NCBI GenBank assembly: GCA_000004985.1
Contig: GG738863.1
Origin: Naegleria gruberi
Lineage: Eukaryota
Direction: 5' to 3' (one strand)
Length of the DNA stretch: 64,000 bases
Part shown: one piece after another, positions 32,278 through 44,097 of the stretch
Layout: the number at the start of each line of letters is the position of its first letter
How positions within the stretch are numbered: the first letter of the stretch is position 1
The notes under the pieces: model-generated
The model's input: the letters and a program-made list of their open reading frames with translations, nothing else
The model's database searches: none
Told to the model about the DNA's origin: nothing
Made by a program: the position numbers and the translations under genes

Positions 32278-32533
32278 TTTTTTATTTGATTTTATTTTGT
32301 GAGTTATAGAATTTAAACCTCCGATAATTACCTGTGTTACAATTTCGATAATACCCAATCAAAACAGGACGGTTGACAAGAATTGGGAATATTGTCTTTT
32401 TTATATTTGAAGATTGGGTTGGTACAATTGACTGAATGAGATTTTGAATTATTAGATTTTGAATGTCTTTTGATATAAGTTTTGTAATCTTCCAACAAGA
32501 ATATGAGATAATATTAAAGAAGATTCTGAAAAA

Positions 32534-34216
32534 ATGGCACAACATCTTCCTCCAGAATTGCTGCAGCTCATCATTTCATTCATTCCACCATCAGAATATT
32601 TAAAAAATAATGTCATCACTGTTTGTTCCGATTGGTTTGAATTGGGAGAGTATGAAATGTTTTGGTTGGCTACTCTAAAATCACTACTTCAGGAGGAGAT
32701 CTTCTTTACAGAGAATGAAGAATGTGAATTTGTGGGAGTGGTTCATTATACATTCCTCGATTCATTGTTTAATTTTAAAATGGAAAGAGAGTCCTATGCT
32801 CAACAATTAAAACGATTGGAGCAAATTTTAATTTTTGATCGTAAACCTTTTCAACTTAGGAGAGAAACTAATAGTGATATTTTTGGAAAAACTTATTGGA
32901 AAAGGTCGCGCCAATTTGTTACAGAGAGAAGGAGGAGACGTATTATGCTGGAGGTTTTAAGAAGAGTTATTCAAATGGGATTTTCAGCCAATATTTCAGA
33001 ATGGATTGATATTGTAAAATTTATCAAAAGTCATAAGGATTTAAAATCAATAGCTAGGTACAATTACGCACATGTAAATTTGGCAAATTTATTCTTATTT
33101 CATTATGCATATGATTATTTCAAAGTTGTAGATCAAAAATGGAGAGATTTTGCATATTATATGCTAGATTTCTTTTTCAATGAATGTGAAACACCAATAT
33201 TAGACTGTATAGAGCGAATTTTTAAAATGAAACTTATAAGAGTTTTTAATGATAAATCTCTAGGGCTCTTTGAAAAATTCAAAAAGGAGCTCGTAGCATG
33301 TGGGAAGAAAGGTGTTCCAGATTATTTTATTGTAACACTTTTAAATTCTGCAGACATGACAAAGGCAGAAGACATTGAAATTGTAACCAAATTTGTAACT
33401 TTAATAAGAGATAGAAAGCAATCAAAATTTACTGAAACCATAGCAGCTCGTGACGTCAATTCTCTATTCTTATATGTACGAGGAAATTGGGAATGTATTG
33501 AATTTTACTTGAAAGTATTGGAAGTCCAAAAGTACCAACAATTTTCTCCTAAAATATTTATTGATAATATTATTAGAAATAGTGACCCAGAGTCATGTAA
33601 TATTATTGGGATTTTAAGGAGAATTCATAACGAATATGGATTGGAAATGAATTACCTTTCAAAGTTTTTGGTTCAAGAGAAAACAAATGACCTACTCTTA
33701 TTTTTTGTTGATGAGTGTGGAGCTAATGTTAATCAACTAATAGGTGAGAGTGATAACAGTTTTTTAATTAGTGAGTGCATCCATGCCACAGGGTTGAGAC
33801 GATCTCAAACAGAACTGATTTTAACATTAATGGAGAGGGGAGCAACCATACCAAATCATGAATTTTTTTCAACAATATTTAACAACTATTTCGATAGAGA
33901 GGAGCTTTATTTACCTACATTGAAAAAGCTTGTTGAGAAATATGGTCCACGATTTGACTCTCTTGACTTTTTCTCTTATCATGTAAAATATATAGATGAT
34001 GGCTTTCTCTTTTCTCCAAAAAGTTTAGTTTCAGTATTTCAATATTTCGTCGAATATTTAGGCAGCAAACAATTAGCAACCAGAGATCTCAAGGAGAATA
34101 TTCAAGACTATTGCAGTCGAATATCTAATAATTGGTTTGACATTAATCTAGAGGAAGTTGAAGAATTGAAGAAAAAAGTTAAGGAATTATTTGGATTTAC
34201 AATAACTACTAAGTGA
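32534..34216 (+). CDS. Hypothetical F-box-like protein (560 aa)
   Basis: True ATG at 32534. N-terminal LPPELLQLIISFIPPSEYLKNNVITVCSDWFEL resembles an F-box. The rest is helical with no other recognised domain. Confidence 0.45.
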   Translation: MAQHLPPELLQLIISFIPPSEYLKNNVITVCSDWFELGEYEMFWLATLKSLLQEEIFFTENEECEFVGVVHYTFLDSLFNFKMERESYAQQLKRLEQILIFDRKPFQLRRETNSDIFGKTYWKRSRQFVTERRRRRIMLEVLRRVIQMGFSANISEWIDIVKFIKSHKDLKSIARYNYAHVNLANLFLFHYAYDYFKVVDQKWRDFAYYMLDFFFNECETPILDCIERIFKMKLIRVFNDKSLGLFEKFKKELVACGKKGVPDYFIVTLLNSADMTKAEDIEIVTKFVTLIRDRKQSKFTETIAARDVNSLFLYVRGNWECIEFYLKVLEVQKYQQFSPKIFIDNIIRNSDPESCNIIGILRRIHNEYGLEMNYLSKFLVQEKTNDLLLFFVDECGANVNQLIGESDNSFLISECIHATGLRRSQTELILTLMERGATIPNHEFFSTIFNNYFDREELYLPTLKKLVEKYGPRFDSLDFFSYHVKYIDDGFLFSPKSLVSVFQYFVEYLGSKQLATRDLKENIQDYCSRISNNWFDINLEEVEELKKKVKELFGFTITTK

Positions 34217-34614
34217 ATTTTGAGAAAAATTCCTTAATTCTAAGACAATTAATTTCTAACTTGATGCATATTGAAGTTCATTTTCAATGAGTAATTACTG
34301 AAGAGAGAAAATAACACCTTATTTACGAACTGTGGATATCGATTCAATCAAAATAATTAATGATTGCCTTCTCTTTGTAATCTACAAAAACATCTTAACA
34401 CCCAGAATATTCAACATCCACCTTTTTTTGATCCAATTTCTCCTTTTAGACTTATTTTTGTGGTCGTTTCAAAAATATTCCCCTTTTGCATGCGCGCAAA
34501 TGGTTCATCTTGTTCAACAAGTATGAGTAAGGTCATCTCGATATGCTGAGTAACAAAGCCTATTTAACCAAGGCTAACAAATTACCAAGTTGAAAAAAAC
34601 AACACTAATACACA

Positions 34615-35385
34615 ATGGAAGTTATCGAAGAAAAGAGATTATTCACTGATTTACCTTATAGATTTGCCTATGTTGCCAAGTTTGTTGGTTTCGGTGAAGA
34701 AGATGTCAAGTATATTCATGAATCAGCTGCTGTTTTGGCTCCACTCGTGCCAACAGTTGTTGATTTGGTTTATAAAAAGTTGTTCAGTTTTGATGTGACA
34801 AAGAAGACCTTTATGGTTCGTAATGATAAATTTCAAGGAAAGATGGAAGATACTTTGGATGAATTGTCTGATACTTCTAGTGAACAAATTAAATTCAGAA
34901 AGGATATGTTGAGCAAGTATTTGGTTAAATTGGTTACTGCTGATTACTCTGATCCTGCTCTTGTTAAATATTTGGATTGGGTTGGTAAAATCCACACAAC
35001 TAAGGCTGGTAACAAGGATATTGTTATCGATTATATTCACATTAATGCTTTGTTTGGTTATGTTTCCGATGTCTTGTTGGGTACTATTGCTATGTGTCCA
35101 CAATTGAATGAAGAACAAAGAGCCAAGACTGTCCAAGCTTTTAACAAGTTATTGTGGATTCAAAATGATTTATTTGCTAAATATTATGTTGATGATGATT
35201 CTAGACATGGAATTACTCAACCTGAATCTACTGAATCTGCTCCATCATCTGGTGGTTGTTGTTTTGGATTCAAGTCAGCTAAGCCACAAACTTGTCAAAA
35301 GACTTGTCCATTGAAACCTCTTGCTTGTATTTCTATTGTTGCTGCTGCTTCATTCTTCCTTGGTAAATACCTTGCCAATAAGTAA
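34615..35385 (+). CDS. Hypothetical protein, possibly protoglobin/globin-sensor-like N-domain, with C-terminal TM/Cys-rich segment (256 aa)
   Basis: True ATG at 34615. Family call is tentative, from the spacing of conserved aromatic residues only (FAYVAKFVGFGEEDVKYIHESAAVL...NALFGYVSDVLLGTIA). Confidence 0.3.
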   Translation: MEVIEEKRLFTDLPYRFAYVAKFVGFGEEDVKYIHESAAVLAPLVPTVVDLVYKKLFSFDVTKKTFMVRNDKFQGKMEDTLDELSDTSSEQIKFRKDMLSKYLVKLVTADYSDPALVKYLDWVGKIHTTKAGNKDIVIDYIHINALFGYVSDVLLGTIAMCPQLNEEQRAKTVQAFNKLLWIQNDLFAKYYVDDDSRHGITQPESTESAPSSGGCCFGFKSAKPQTCQKTCPLKPLACISIVAAASFFLGKYLANK

Positions 35386-35454
35386 ATTATCATTGAATTG
35401 ATAACCCTAGTTTTTAATTCCGATAGAGCAATTCTTTTCACATCTTTCAAAAAA

Positions 35455-36927
35455 ATGATTCGAAACCATCATCAATCCTTTCACTCACAAGTTTATCAAT
35501 TGCTATCCTGTTGCCATTTAATGTTTGGTCATTTATTGATACTCTTTGTCTTGTCGATAGTTTCTGCTAAATCCATTACACCATTCCTTCTCTACGTGTC
35601 AATGATCATCACAAGTGACATTCTCATTTCACAATTAATTCCTCTCCTTGACAATTCATCATACCGAAAGATTATTCTAATGACATGTTTAATTATTTAT
35701 AATATTGGTGGAGTACTTTCTAATTATTATTGTTATTCGGAAATGGTTCGAGTTGTTAAACATGATTTGGCATATTCAGAATCTGCAATTAATGATACTG
35801 ATTGGGATGTTCACGATTCTGTCAAGACTTTACGATATTATTCATTTGTTTGTTTGATTGGTTTTATTCAGGGATTTGGAAAGGTTATTAATCAAACCAT
35901 TTTACAACAAGCATATGGAAAGAAAATTAGTTTTATTGAAATGATTGCTTTTTGGATGAGTGGTTTGCTAGTTTTAAATGTTAGCAAATTTCAATATGTT
36001 TCAGATTTTATGGCAATGTTTCAGTTGGGAGTTTTTTGGGTTGTTTTGGGAATTATTGATTCAATAGTTGGAGTTTTACTCATTTGTAAAATTGAATTCA
36101 ATAATGAAAGTGTGAAAACATATGAGCAAACTGAGGAGGAGGATGAACCACTGAATCTTGAGGAGGAAGACGAAGGATTGGAATTGACTGTATTTTACAA
36201 ACTCTTCATGTTTGGATCGAGTTCTAAATATCCAAGTTTTATCTACTCAATTTCTCACACTCTAAGTAATTGGGCTAATTTGTGTTTCAGTGCAAGAATT
36301 CATGAAAATTCCAATCTGATACTGTATTACTTACTAATTATGAATTTTAATCCATTATTAATTGCATTCTATATCATTCTGAAAGGACTCTTCTTGATGA
36401 ATATTAATAAGAGTGATAATATGTGGTTTGTGAAATTTATTTCCTCTTCTAGAGTTGAAATTAAGCCTACCATTGGTTCAATATCTTTCCATTTCATCAC
36501 TTTACTAATTTATCTTGCAATTTTATTCATGAATTCACTGCCTTTCAATTATATAGGATATCAACAGGTAGTTAGGAGCGTGAGAGATCAATTTGTGTTC
36601 GGAATTACAATTTTCATTCCAACAATCCTATCTCTATTGGAAAGTATTTTAATTTCAGATCCAAGCAAGCTATCAATAACCCATGGAATTTCAGTGGAGA
36701 ACTATTTTGAAAGTAAGGAAATACCAATCGCCACTACCATTAACAAATATCTGGGAATTGCAGTTCAAATATTAATAATTTCCATAATTTCTACATATTT
36801 CAAAAGAAGTGGACTTGTTGCCTTCAAGTTCTTTAGTGATCTCTCGGTGGTGATGCAAATTTTGGGAACCTGTTGTCTTTTACTTAGCTTTTTGCTTTAC
36901 AGAAAACCAAAGGTTAAATCTGATTAA
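35455..36927 (+). CDS. Hypothetical polytopic membrane protein (about 490 aa, 10 or more hydrophobic segments; transporter-like)
   Basis: Real ATG at 35455 (aaaaaATGatt); the track start at 35398 is TTG. Acidic loop EQTEEEDEPLNLEEEDEG between two bundles of TM helices. Confidence 0.5.
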   Translation: MIRNHHQSFHSQVYQLLSCCHLMFGHLLILFVLSIVSAKSITPFLLYVSMIITSDILISQLIPLLDNSSYRKIILMTCLIIYNIGGVLSNYYCYSEMVRVVKHDLAYSESAINDTDWDVHDSVKTLRYYSFVCLIGFIQGFGKVINQTILQQAYGKKISFIEMIAFWMSGLLVLNVSKFQYVSDFMAMFQLGVFWVVLGIIDSIVGVLLICKIEFNNESVKTYEQTEEEDEPLNLEEEDEGLELTVFYKLFMFGSSSKYPSFIYSISHTLSNWANLCFSARIHENSNLILYYLLIMNFNPLLIAFYIILKGLFLMNINKSDNMWFVKFISSSRVEIKPTIGSISFHFITLLIYLAILFMNSLPFNYIGYQQVVRSVRDQFVFGITIFIPTILSLLESILISDPSKLSITHGISVENYFESKEIPIATTINKYLGIAVQILIISIISTYFKRSGLVAFKFFSDLSVVMQILGTCCLLLSFLLYRKPKVKSD

Positions 36928-37157
36928 TTGTTATTTATTGTATTCGTTCCAAATATGGATTTTGTAAAATATGCAATATTTACATTTAATAATCTTTGAA
37001 TATCATCATATTTTAATAACTACATTTCTGTTTTACAAACACCAAAAGTACTACTCAACCAAAAGAGGCCCATTTTGGGAATTAACCCAAAAAGTTACAT
37101 GGCAATATATTTAAAACAACCACAAAGGAAAACCAGCACCAGAATCTTTATCAAAAA

Positions 37158-37700
37158 ATGTATCCTAACTATCAAACACCCACACTTTCGTCTACCACCT
37201 CTTCAAGTGTTCATCCAGGAGATGCAGTAAATCCACTCAGTTCACCATTCAGTCCAATTGGAACATATCCAATGAGTCGTTCAAATTCTGCACCTTTGGA
37301 TAAAGCACACAGTTTGATGGGTTGTTGGAATAATAATATTTTGTAAGTTTGTAGAGTTGTAAAGATCTATTGATCGGGATGGATTTTTGTAATGATCAAT
37401 AGTTATCCGTGTACTTTAAAAGTTTTTGATAACTCTGTTGTGCTTGATAAGATTAGAGTAATTAATAATGTAGATGTTGATGAATGGAAAGAGATGGTTT
37501 CATTATTATTGTCACACAATCATTCAAATTGGAATATAATAGAAAGAACAGAGAACAAAATGATTCTTTCAAAACAAATTGAAGGAGTCATGTTTGAAAT
37601 TGTAATTAATCAAACAAGTTTTACAATGGCAGAATTGAGATATGAGAAAAATGGATTGAAAATATTTATTGATTACATGTTAATTTATAAATTTGGTTAA
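37158..37700 (+). CDS. Hypothetical small protein, 2 exons (37158..37342, 37403..37700; intron GTAAGT..CAATAG, 60 nt)
   Basis: ATG at 37158. Donor GTAAGT at 37343 overlaps the track stop. Acceptor AG at 37401-37402 joins the 37392..37700 ORF in frame (phase 2). S/T/P-rich N-terminus. Confidence 0.5.
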
Positions 37701-37779
37701 TATAATTAATATCAAATCTTAGTTCCTGAACAAGTGAACAAGTCGGGGAGAAGACATTTGACTTCTCGCCACATGACGG
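37690..37779. repeat. Direct repeat copy 1 (about 90 nt), duplicate of the 38022..38114 region; carries small indels including a 9-nt internal duplication (gaacaagt x2)
   Basis: taatttataaattt..gttaat..aaatcttagttcctgaacaagt..ggggagaagacatt(t)gacttctc(g/t)ccacatgacgg occurs at both positions. Confidence 0.8.
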
Positions 37780-38021
37780 TCATTAGATTTATTAATTTCA
37801 ATGCTTAATGATGTCTAGATGATTTTGAAAACAGATTTAAAACGTGTTGCCTCTCGAATGAATTCTGTCAAAGTCTCAATAAATATATTGAAAGGATGAC
37901 AAATCTCACTTCACTAATATCTTGAACAGTCTCATAAAAGGTAAAACTCAGTCTAATGTGGATAAGAGAAAACCATTGACAAATTCAACAGTTACAATCC
38001 ATTTTTCTCATATCTCACAAC

Positions 38022-38114
38022 ATTACGTAATTTATAAATTTTGTTAATTTTTATTTTAAATCTTAGTTCCTGAACAAGTTGGGGAGAAGACATTGACTTC
38101 TCTCCACATGACGG
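38022..38114. repeat. Direct repeat copy 2; contains the authentic stop codon and last about 18 codons of the minus-strand WD40 gene
   Basis: Same sequence as 37690..37779, about 90% identical by eye. Confidence 0.8.
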
Positions 38115-41100
38115 ACTCAGCCAAACTGATTATTGAGCCACCATCTTCTAACAAGACAGGAGGTTGAGCTTCTTTCTTTGAAATGACACTTATTGCCCTC
38201 TTTCCATCAATTGAACGAACAGGTAAATTGGATCCTGATGGTATTACTAAATTTGATGGAGTCCATTCATGAACTAAAGTTTTTTGTTCTAATCTCTTCT
38301 TGAATGAAATGAGTGGCTTGCTGTATTGTTCTTCCAGTACTTCATTGGTATCGCTAAGAGCTTGAGAAAGTATACTAATAGCCTCATCAATTTCACCCGA
38401 ATAAGCCATACTAAGGCAATAAATATATTCAGCAAACTGTCTTGGTGCAAAGAATTCTTTTGGAATATTCTTGAGACAATCCTTAGCATTGAGTGCTAAC
38501 TTAGGAGCAATAACAAAATATTCTTTCCATAAAGCAAGTTGAGCACCAATCAAATTAGAGTAGAATAGAATCTTATTCCTCATAATGGTTTCCAATTTGT
38601 ATGCATCAATACATTGAACAGCATTATGTATACTGCTAATGAGTGGCCAGTTCCAATCTTGCTCAGCAAATAATTCTTCATAATTTACCACAGCAACTAA
38701 GGCAGCATTAATATTATCGTAGGCAAATGAATAAAATCTGATGCATTCGGCTGGATTTTCATGTTCCAAAGCAGGTGCCTGGGCAGCATAGAATGAAGGA
38801 GTTTGGAAACCTCCTTTAATGAACAAATTATCTCTCTGAGGATGAGTTGGTGGAAGCTTACACATCATCTTGGAGGCTTCTTCTCTGTTTTTAACTTGTG
38901 CAAGTGTTTCGCAGGCAATATCCCATTCTCCATTCATAGTACAAACATTTGCGAACGCCAAAAGTATGCTATCGTCTGTGTTTCTTATGAGAAGAGCTTT
39001 GGCCAAAGAATAAGCTAAATGTCCCTCACATCCTTTAACTAGGTAATGGAAGCATTTATCAACATCCTTGATTGAAAGGAATGCAGAAGCTGCCAGAATA
39101 GGTTTCGATTCTCTCATAAAGTTCTTAGCTTGCAACTCAGCAATTCTTCTCATTTCAATAGTTACAGGTGCATTCTCGGAGCTTTCTTCTTGGTTGGCCG
39201 TCTTGGTTTGTTCGGCGATAGGTTTAGGATAACCTGATTCTGCACTTCTTCTTGCAACAATGGAAGCTTCAGTCAATTGATTCTTTCTAATGAAATAATT
39301 CAGCAGCTTATCAGTTTCAGATGTTGCAATGTAGTATGGAATAACATCTTCGCTTTCATTCTCAGCTAGTTGTTTAGTATACTTGGCTGTCAGATCTTTC
39401 CAATAATCAATTGAAACAGATGGAGCAACTGAAAGAGCTTTTTCCCATTCTCCAACCTCACACATGATTTCGCAATAATTTCTTACCTTACCAATTTTAA
39501 GGTAAAGTTTTGCAGCTTCCTTTAATTGCTCGGCCACTCTTTGTGCAGCTCCTGTACCCTTATTCTTATATCTAGCGGATTCCATTTCCTTGGCCTTATT
39601 ATATACAGTTTCAGTAATAGCATTACAGAACAAAACATCAGACTTGAGAGATGATTTGTACTTTTTACCTTGGAAGAAACTGTTAGCAAGTTCCCACAAG
39701 TTTCTGCTAGTACTTGGGAAGTTGAAATATTCGGAGAGAATGGTGTGCTTTTCAACATCTGTCTTTGCTTCAGCCAACTTGGTGCTAACGAGTTTAGCTC
39801 CCGGCCCAGATAATCCATCTCCCTGAGAATCAGAATCAAAAGGACTCTTTGGAGTGGTAAGCAGAGGTGCAAGTGATTGGATATTAATTGCCTTAACATA
39901 GAATTTTGTTGAAATATTATCAAGGCTCCAGAATCTAATTGTGGTATCTCTTGAAGTTGATCCAAAGGTGAATGGTCTTTCAGGATGAGATGATAAACCA
40001 TAGACGTCAGCATGGTGATCGTTAGAGACAGCAATTTGGCATTCCTTCTTTGTATCCCAAACTCTGATTGTACCATCCCAAGAACCACTGAGTAAAATGT
40101 TAGAAACCTCATAGTTCCAAGCTAAAGCTCTCACATAGTGAGTATGCCCTTTCAACACTTTGGAATTACCAGTATCACTGTCCCATATTCTAATAGTCTT
40201 ATCATTTGATCCTGAAGCTAACACATTAGGAATAGTTGGATGCCATGTTACGTTGAAAACTTCAGCAGTGTGACCTTTGAGAATTGAAATTGGAGCATCA
40301 TTTGGATTATTAATGTTGAAAACTCTTACAATATGATCATGGCAACCTGTAGCAATAATATTCTTGTTGGTTGGATGCCATTGAACACCAAAGACTGGTG
40401 CTGGGTGCTTGAACTTTTTAATTACCTTTCCTTCCTCGTTGAATACAATACAGAATGTATCCTTAGAGGTAGTTGCCAGAAGAGAGTGGTCAATTGGATT
40501 CCATGCAACTCTATAAATACAGTCTTTGTGAATTTCTTGTTGAAGTTTTGGAATTCTCTTTTGGGCGTCCCAAATGATGACCATACCAGTGTTGAAAGCT
40601 CCGGCAATTTCTCTCTTAGTTGGATGCCAAGCAAGGCCATAGATAACACCAGTTTCGTGAGTAAGATTTTCTACAACCTTCATTCTGTGAGTATCCCAAA
40701 GTCTGATACTGTGATCAAAACCTGAAGTGGCGAAAATATCTGGATTGGCAGGACAATACTCACAATCGAAAATGGTTTCTGTATGAGAACCGGGTGTCAA
40801 AAAGTCGAATTGCTTCTTTGAAATATCAAATAATCCTACGGCTCCATCCTTGAAAGCACAAGCTAACTTTTGACATCCTGGAAGTAAAAACATATCCTGG
40901 AATCCACTATTTTTTCTAACTCTTTGCACTTTGAGAGGAGCTGTTTGAGAAACGTTCCAGTATCTAATAACACCTGCTCTTACATCAGAAGTTATGAAAT
41001 TACCAGGTTCATTCTTTATCCATGCAATCGAAGATATACCAGCTCCGGATTTTTCAAATACCTTAACTTTCATATTTTCTTCTTTGGCATCAGTATCGAA

Positions 41101-41815
41101 AAGTACAGTCTGGCCGTTTTCGTAGCTACAAATGAGATAATTATTAGAAAGAGAATCCCATTGGAAATCTACAATCTTGTAATCTGAAAATTTGTGTCTG
41201 CAAATTGGCTTTTTCTTCTTAATATCCACTAAAAACAATTCAGCTCCACAAGCAGCAAATAAAACAGTAGGATTTCTAGTATTAAACCCTATTGATCTTA
41301 GATCATCTCCCGAAAGATTGATTGTATAATTTGAATCGTCATTAAAGTCAATTACTTTGATTGCACCTTTTTTACCTCCAACAACTAATTGATATGAATC
41401 CGTACAACTCCAATCGATACAATAAGGCTTGAATTGTGAAGATTTTAAATCCACTACTTTGATTGTTTTTCCATCGGTAATATCCCAAACTCTGATTGTT
41501 TGATCTAAACTGGCTGTGGCAATTAAATAGGGCGAGTGAGGCGAGACGGCCACACCAGTTATTGCCATACCATGACCAGTAAGAATTCTTTCCAAACGGA
41601 AATCACTCAAATTGTAAACATAAACAGCAATGGTAGAACAATAAATAAGTCTTCCTTGAGTTACAGTTATTATTCTCTTGTACCAAAGTTGAGCTCCGGA
41701 AGGAATTAATCCCTACATTAATTGTAACAATGATGAAATATATAAATTAATACAACAACAACAATAACATTAATAAAAAACAAATCCTCAACAAAATACA
41801 TACAATTTGTTTCAT
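38056..41815 (-). CDS. Large WD40-repeat protein (N-terminal double beta-propeller, about 650 aa) with C-terminal alpha-helical/TPR-like half; 2 exons (41815..41804, 41712..38056)
   Basis: Track ORF 38056..41610 begins at TTG. Its frame stays open upstream to the TAG at 41713-41715, which is also the acceptor of a GTATGT...TAG intron (41713..41803, 91 nt) preceded by aaaaaaATGAAACAAATT. Many WD signatures (GHxxxV...S/W-D). C-terminal half helical. Confidence 0.7.
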
Positions 41816-42074
41816 TTTTTTAAGGTTAAAAAGCATGGTGATTGATGTTCTCTGAGAGTTATGTGGATTGGCGCCAAATTTGACCTCTCAATACGAGTTC
41901 GTAAACTGTAGCAGGAGTTGAGTTGCACAACACTTGATAGAGATTAAATATCAGAGATTGCACCACCACAAATATATTGAGGCTATTTGAGGATGAAGAT
42001 CAGTCCTATGGATTAATGAGGAAGTTTTCACATAGGACTGGTGATGTTTCACTTTAACTGAGTTGGTGCTCATT

Positions 42075-42977
42075 CTAGAACTCTCTATACTCACAACAGT
42101 TATCGAATGAGACGACCGCAACATCATCATCTTGATTTTTGAGGAGACATGTCTCTTTTTCTCTATCTTTTGATACTAAACTGCCCACAAATCCCTTATG
42201 TTCTCCCTTCACAACCATGCATTGAAGTCCTTTTTGCTTTGGAATAATGGTTTCAAGGGAATCCTCTCCAATATGTTCCAATATTTCTCCAGTATCCATT
42301 TTGATTGTGCATTCATAACTAGTTGGAATATCCATTACAAGACCTTTTTGTAAATAATGTTTTCCATTACTGATATATCTCACATAGAGGTTTGGTAATA
42401 ACCAAGTGATGGCCTTCTTTTTCTTTGGTGCTACTGAGCTTGAAGATGCTGATTCATTAGTTTTTGGTCGTTGTTGTTCAGATTTGTTTTGAATACTTGT
42501 GGTTGCTGTCTTTTTACTGTCAGCTTGTTTTTCCTTTTCCAATTGGTCTTTCAATTTCTTATTCCTTGGATCCAATTCAATTTGATGCTGAAGACTACTT
42601 CCCAATCCAGCCAAATGAGGTCTAGGTTTTGGCTCTACAGGTTCAACGATTTGTTTCGATCTTCCAAATGGTTGACCATCCTTCCAACCCATTCCTCTCA
42701 ACATTGCAGCACCAAATCCTTCAACTGGCTTGGACGGAATAAACTCCTCATCCTTAGTATAATGATGATGATGATTTTCCAATTTTGCTTGTTTTATATT
42801 CAAATGATTTCCCTTGCACGGAATTACTTGATCAATTTTTCTCTTATTAGATTCTTCCTCTTTTCTTTCGGATTTTTCTTCTTCGGGATTTAAAAATTGA
42901 AGTGAAGATGATGCTGATTTGATATTTTTTGATTGTTTTGAAAGTTGAATTAAAAGTCTCTTGTCCTCACTCATCAT
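42075..42977 (-). CDS. G-patch domain and KOW-motif protein (GPKOW/SPP2-like splicing factor), 300 aa
   Basis: True ATG at 42977. G-patch GFGAAMLRGMGWKDGQPFG. KOW-like GLVMDIPTSYECTIKMDTGEILEHI and GFVGSLVSKDREKETCLLK. Confidence 0.65.
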   Translation of the reverse strand: MMSEDKRLLIQLSKQSKNIKSASSSLQFLNPEEEKSERKEEESNKRKIDQVIPCKGNHLNIKQAKLENHHHHYTKDEEFIPSKPVEGFGAAMLRGMGWKDGQPFGRSKQIVEPVEPKPRPHLAGLGSSLQHQIELDPRNKKLKDQLEKEKQADSKKTATTSIQNKSEQQRPKTNESASSSSVAPKKKKAITWLLPNLYVRYISNGKHYLQKGLVMDIPTSYECTIKMDTGEILEHIGEDSLETIIPKQKGLQCMVVKGEHKGFVGSLVSKDREKETCLLKNQDDDVAVVSFDNCCEYREF

Positions 42978-43128
42978 GTTTAAATATTTTTTTTATTATA
43001 TTTATTAAATATTTAATCAACTATTAAAAACCAGTTTACCAAATACTTAATAATTAAATTATTTAATTTAATATATTAACAGTAAATACTATTTAATATT
43101 TAATAAAGTCAATCAATATATCAAAAAA

Positions 43129-44094
43129 ATGTCTGCACTTGATAGACCAATCTTTATCGATGATAGAACAGAGGAAGAAAAAGTAGAATTGCAAGCTGCT
43201 CAAGCAGCCTACTTTAGATGTTTTTCATATGTGGATAATATGATGAGTAGACTATTTCCGAGTGCAAAAGTAACTGAACAACATGAAGATTATGCACAAA
43301 AGATAACATTGGCTTGTACTTTGGAGGCTTTATATGAAGATTCTCATGTGGGGTTCAAGTCAGCATGTGTGGATTCAATTAAAAGAGCAAAGGACGTAAA
43401 TGAATATGCTAATTCGGACTTGTTAATTGATAATCCAAACCAAATTACAAGAATGACTGAACAGGATTTTAAGAATGTAGGAAAATCATTAACTCAATGT
43501 ATTAGATCCAACAGAAACTTTGAAGGATTAATTCAATTTGCAACTAGAAAATATTTTTATTGGACTGAGGAAGGAAGTAGCAAGTTTTATGCTCCATATC
43601 TAGTTAAAAATTTCACAGAGGATAGGAATAGATTTAAGAGTTATGAATTTAAGGGGGATGAGGACCAAGATGGTTTGGAATATAAATTGGATTATCTGAC
43701 TGATAGATTTGCTAGACATCAAATTAAAGATTATTATGTCTGTATGACATCCAATTCTCCAGCAATGTCAGATAAATTTGATATGGCAGATATGAAATTA
43801 AACTGTCTTCCAGAAAGATTATCCTATCACCTTAATGTTCATTCAGTTTTTTGTAGAAGATTATACGAAAGATGTTTGAGAAAGAGAGATAACTATATGC
43901 TTTCCAAAAATCCAAATTATGATATGAATATTGCAATGCAAGAAAGACCATTCAATGATTTCGTTGAATGCCAACTGTATGATGCAGATATTGCCAAGGT
44001 TTGTGTCTCTGTGGTTGAGGAATATGTCAATAGGAAAGCTGTGACAGATGCTGAAGCTGCTTATAATGAAAAGCTGCAAGAAATGAGAAAATAA
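43129..44094 (+). CDS. Hypothetical protein (321 aa), no recognised domain
   Basis: True ATG at 43129 (caaaaaaATGtct). Clean ORF. Confidence 0.5.
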   Translation: MSALDRPIFIDDRTEEEKVELQAAQAAYFRCFSYVDNMMSRLFPSAKVTEQHEDYAQKITLACTLEALYEDSHVGFKSACVDSIKRAKDVNEYANSDLLIDNPNQITRMTEQDFKNVGKSLTQCIRSNRNFEGLIQFATRKYFYWTEEGSSKFYAPYLVKNFTEDRNRFKSYEFKGDEDQDGLEYKLDYLTDRFARHQIKDYYVCMTSNSPAMSDKFDMADMKLNCLPERLSYHLNVHSVFCRRLYERCLRKRDNYMLSKNPNYDMNIAMQERPFNDFVECQLYDADIAKVCVSVVEEYVNRKAVTDAEAAYNEKLQEMRK

Positions 44095-44097
44095 ACT

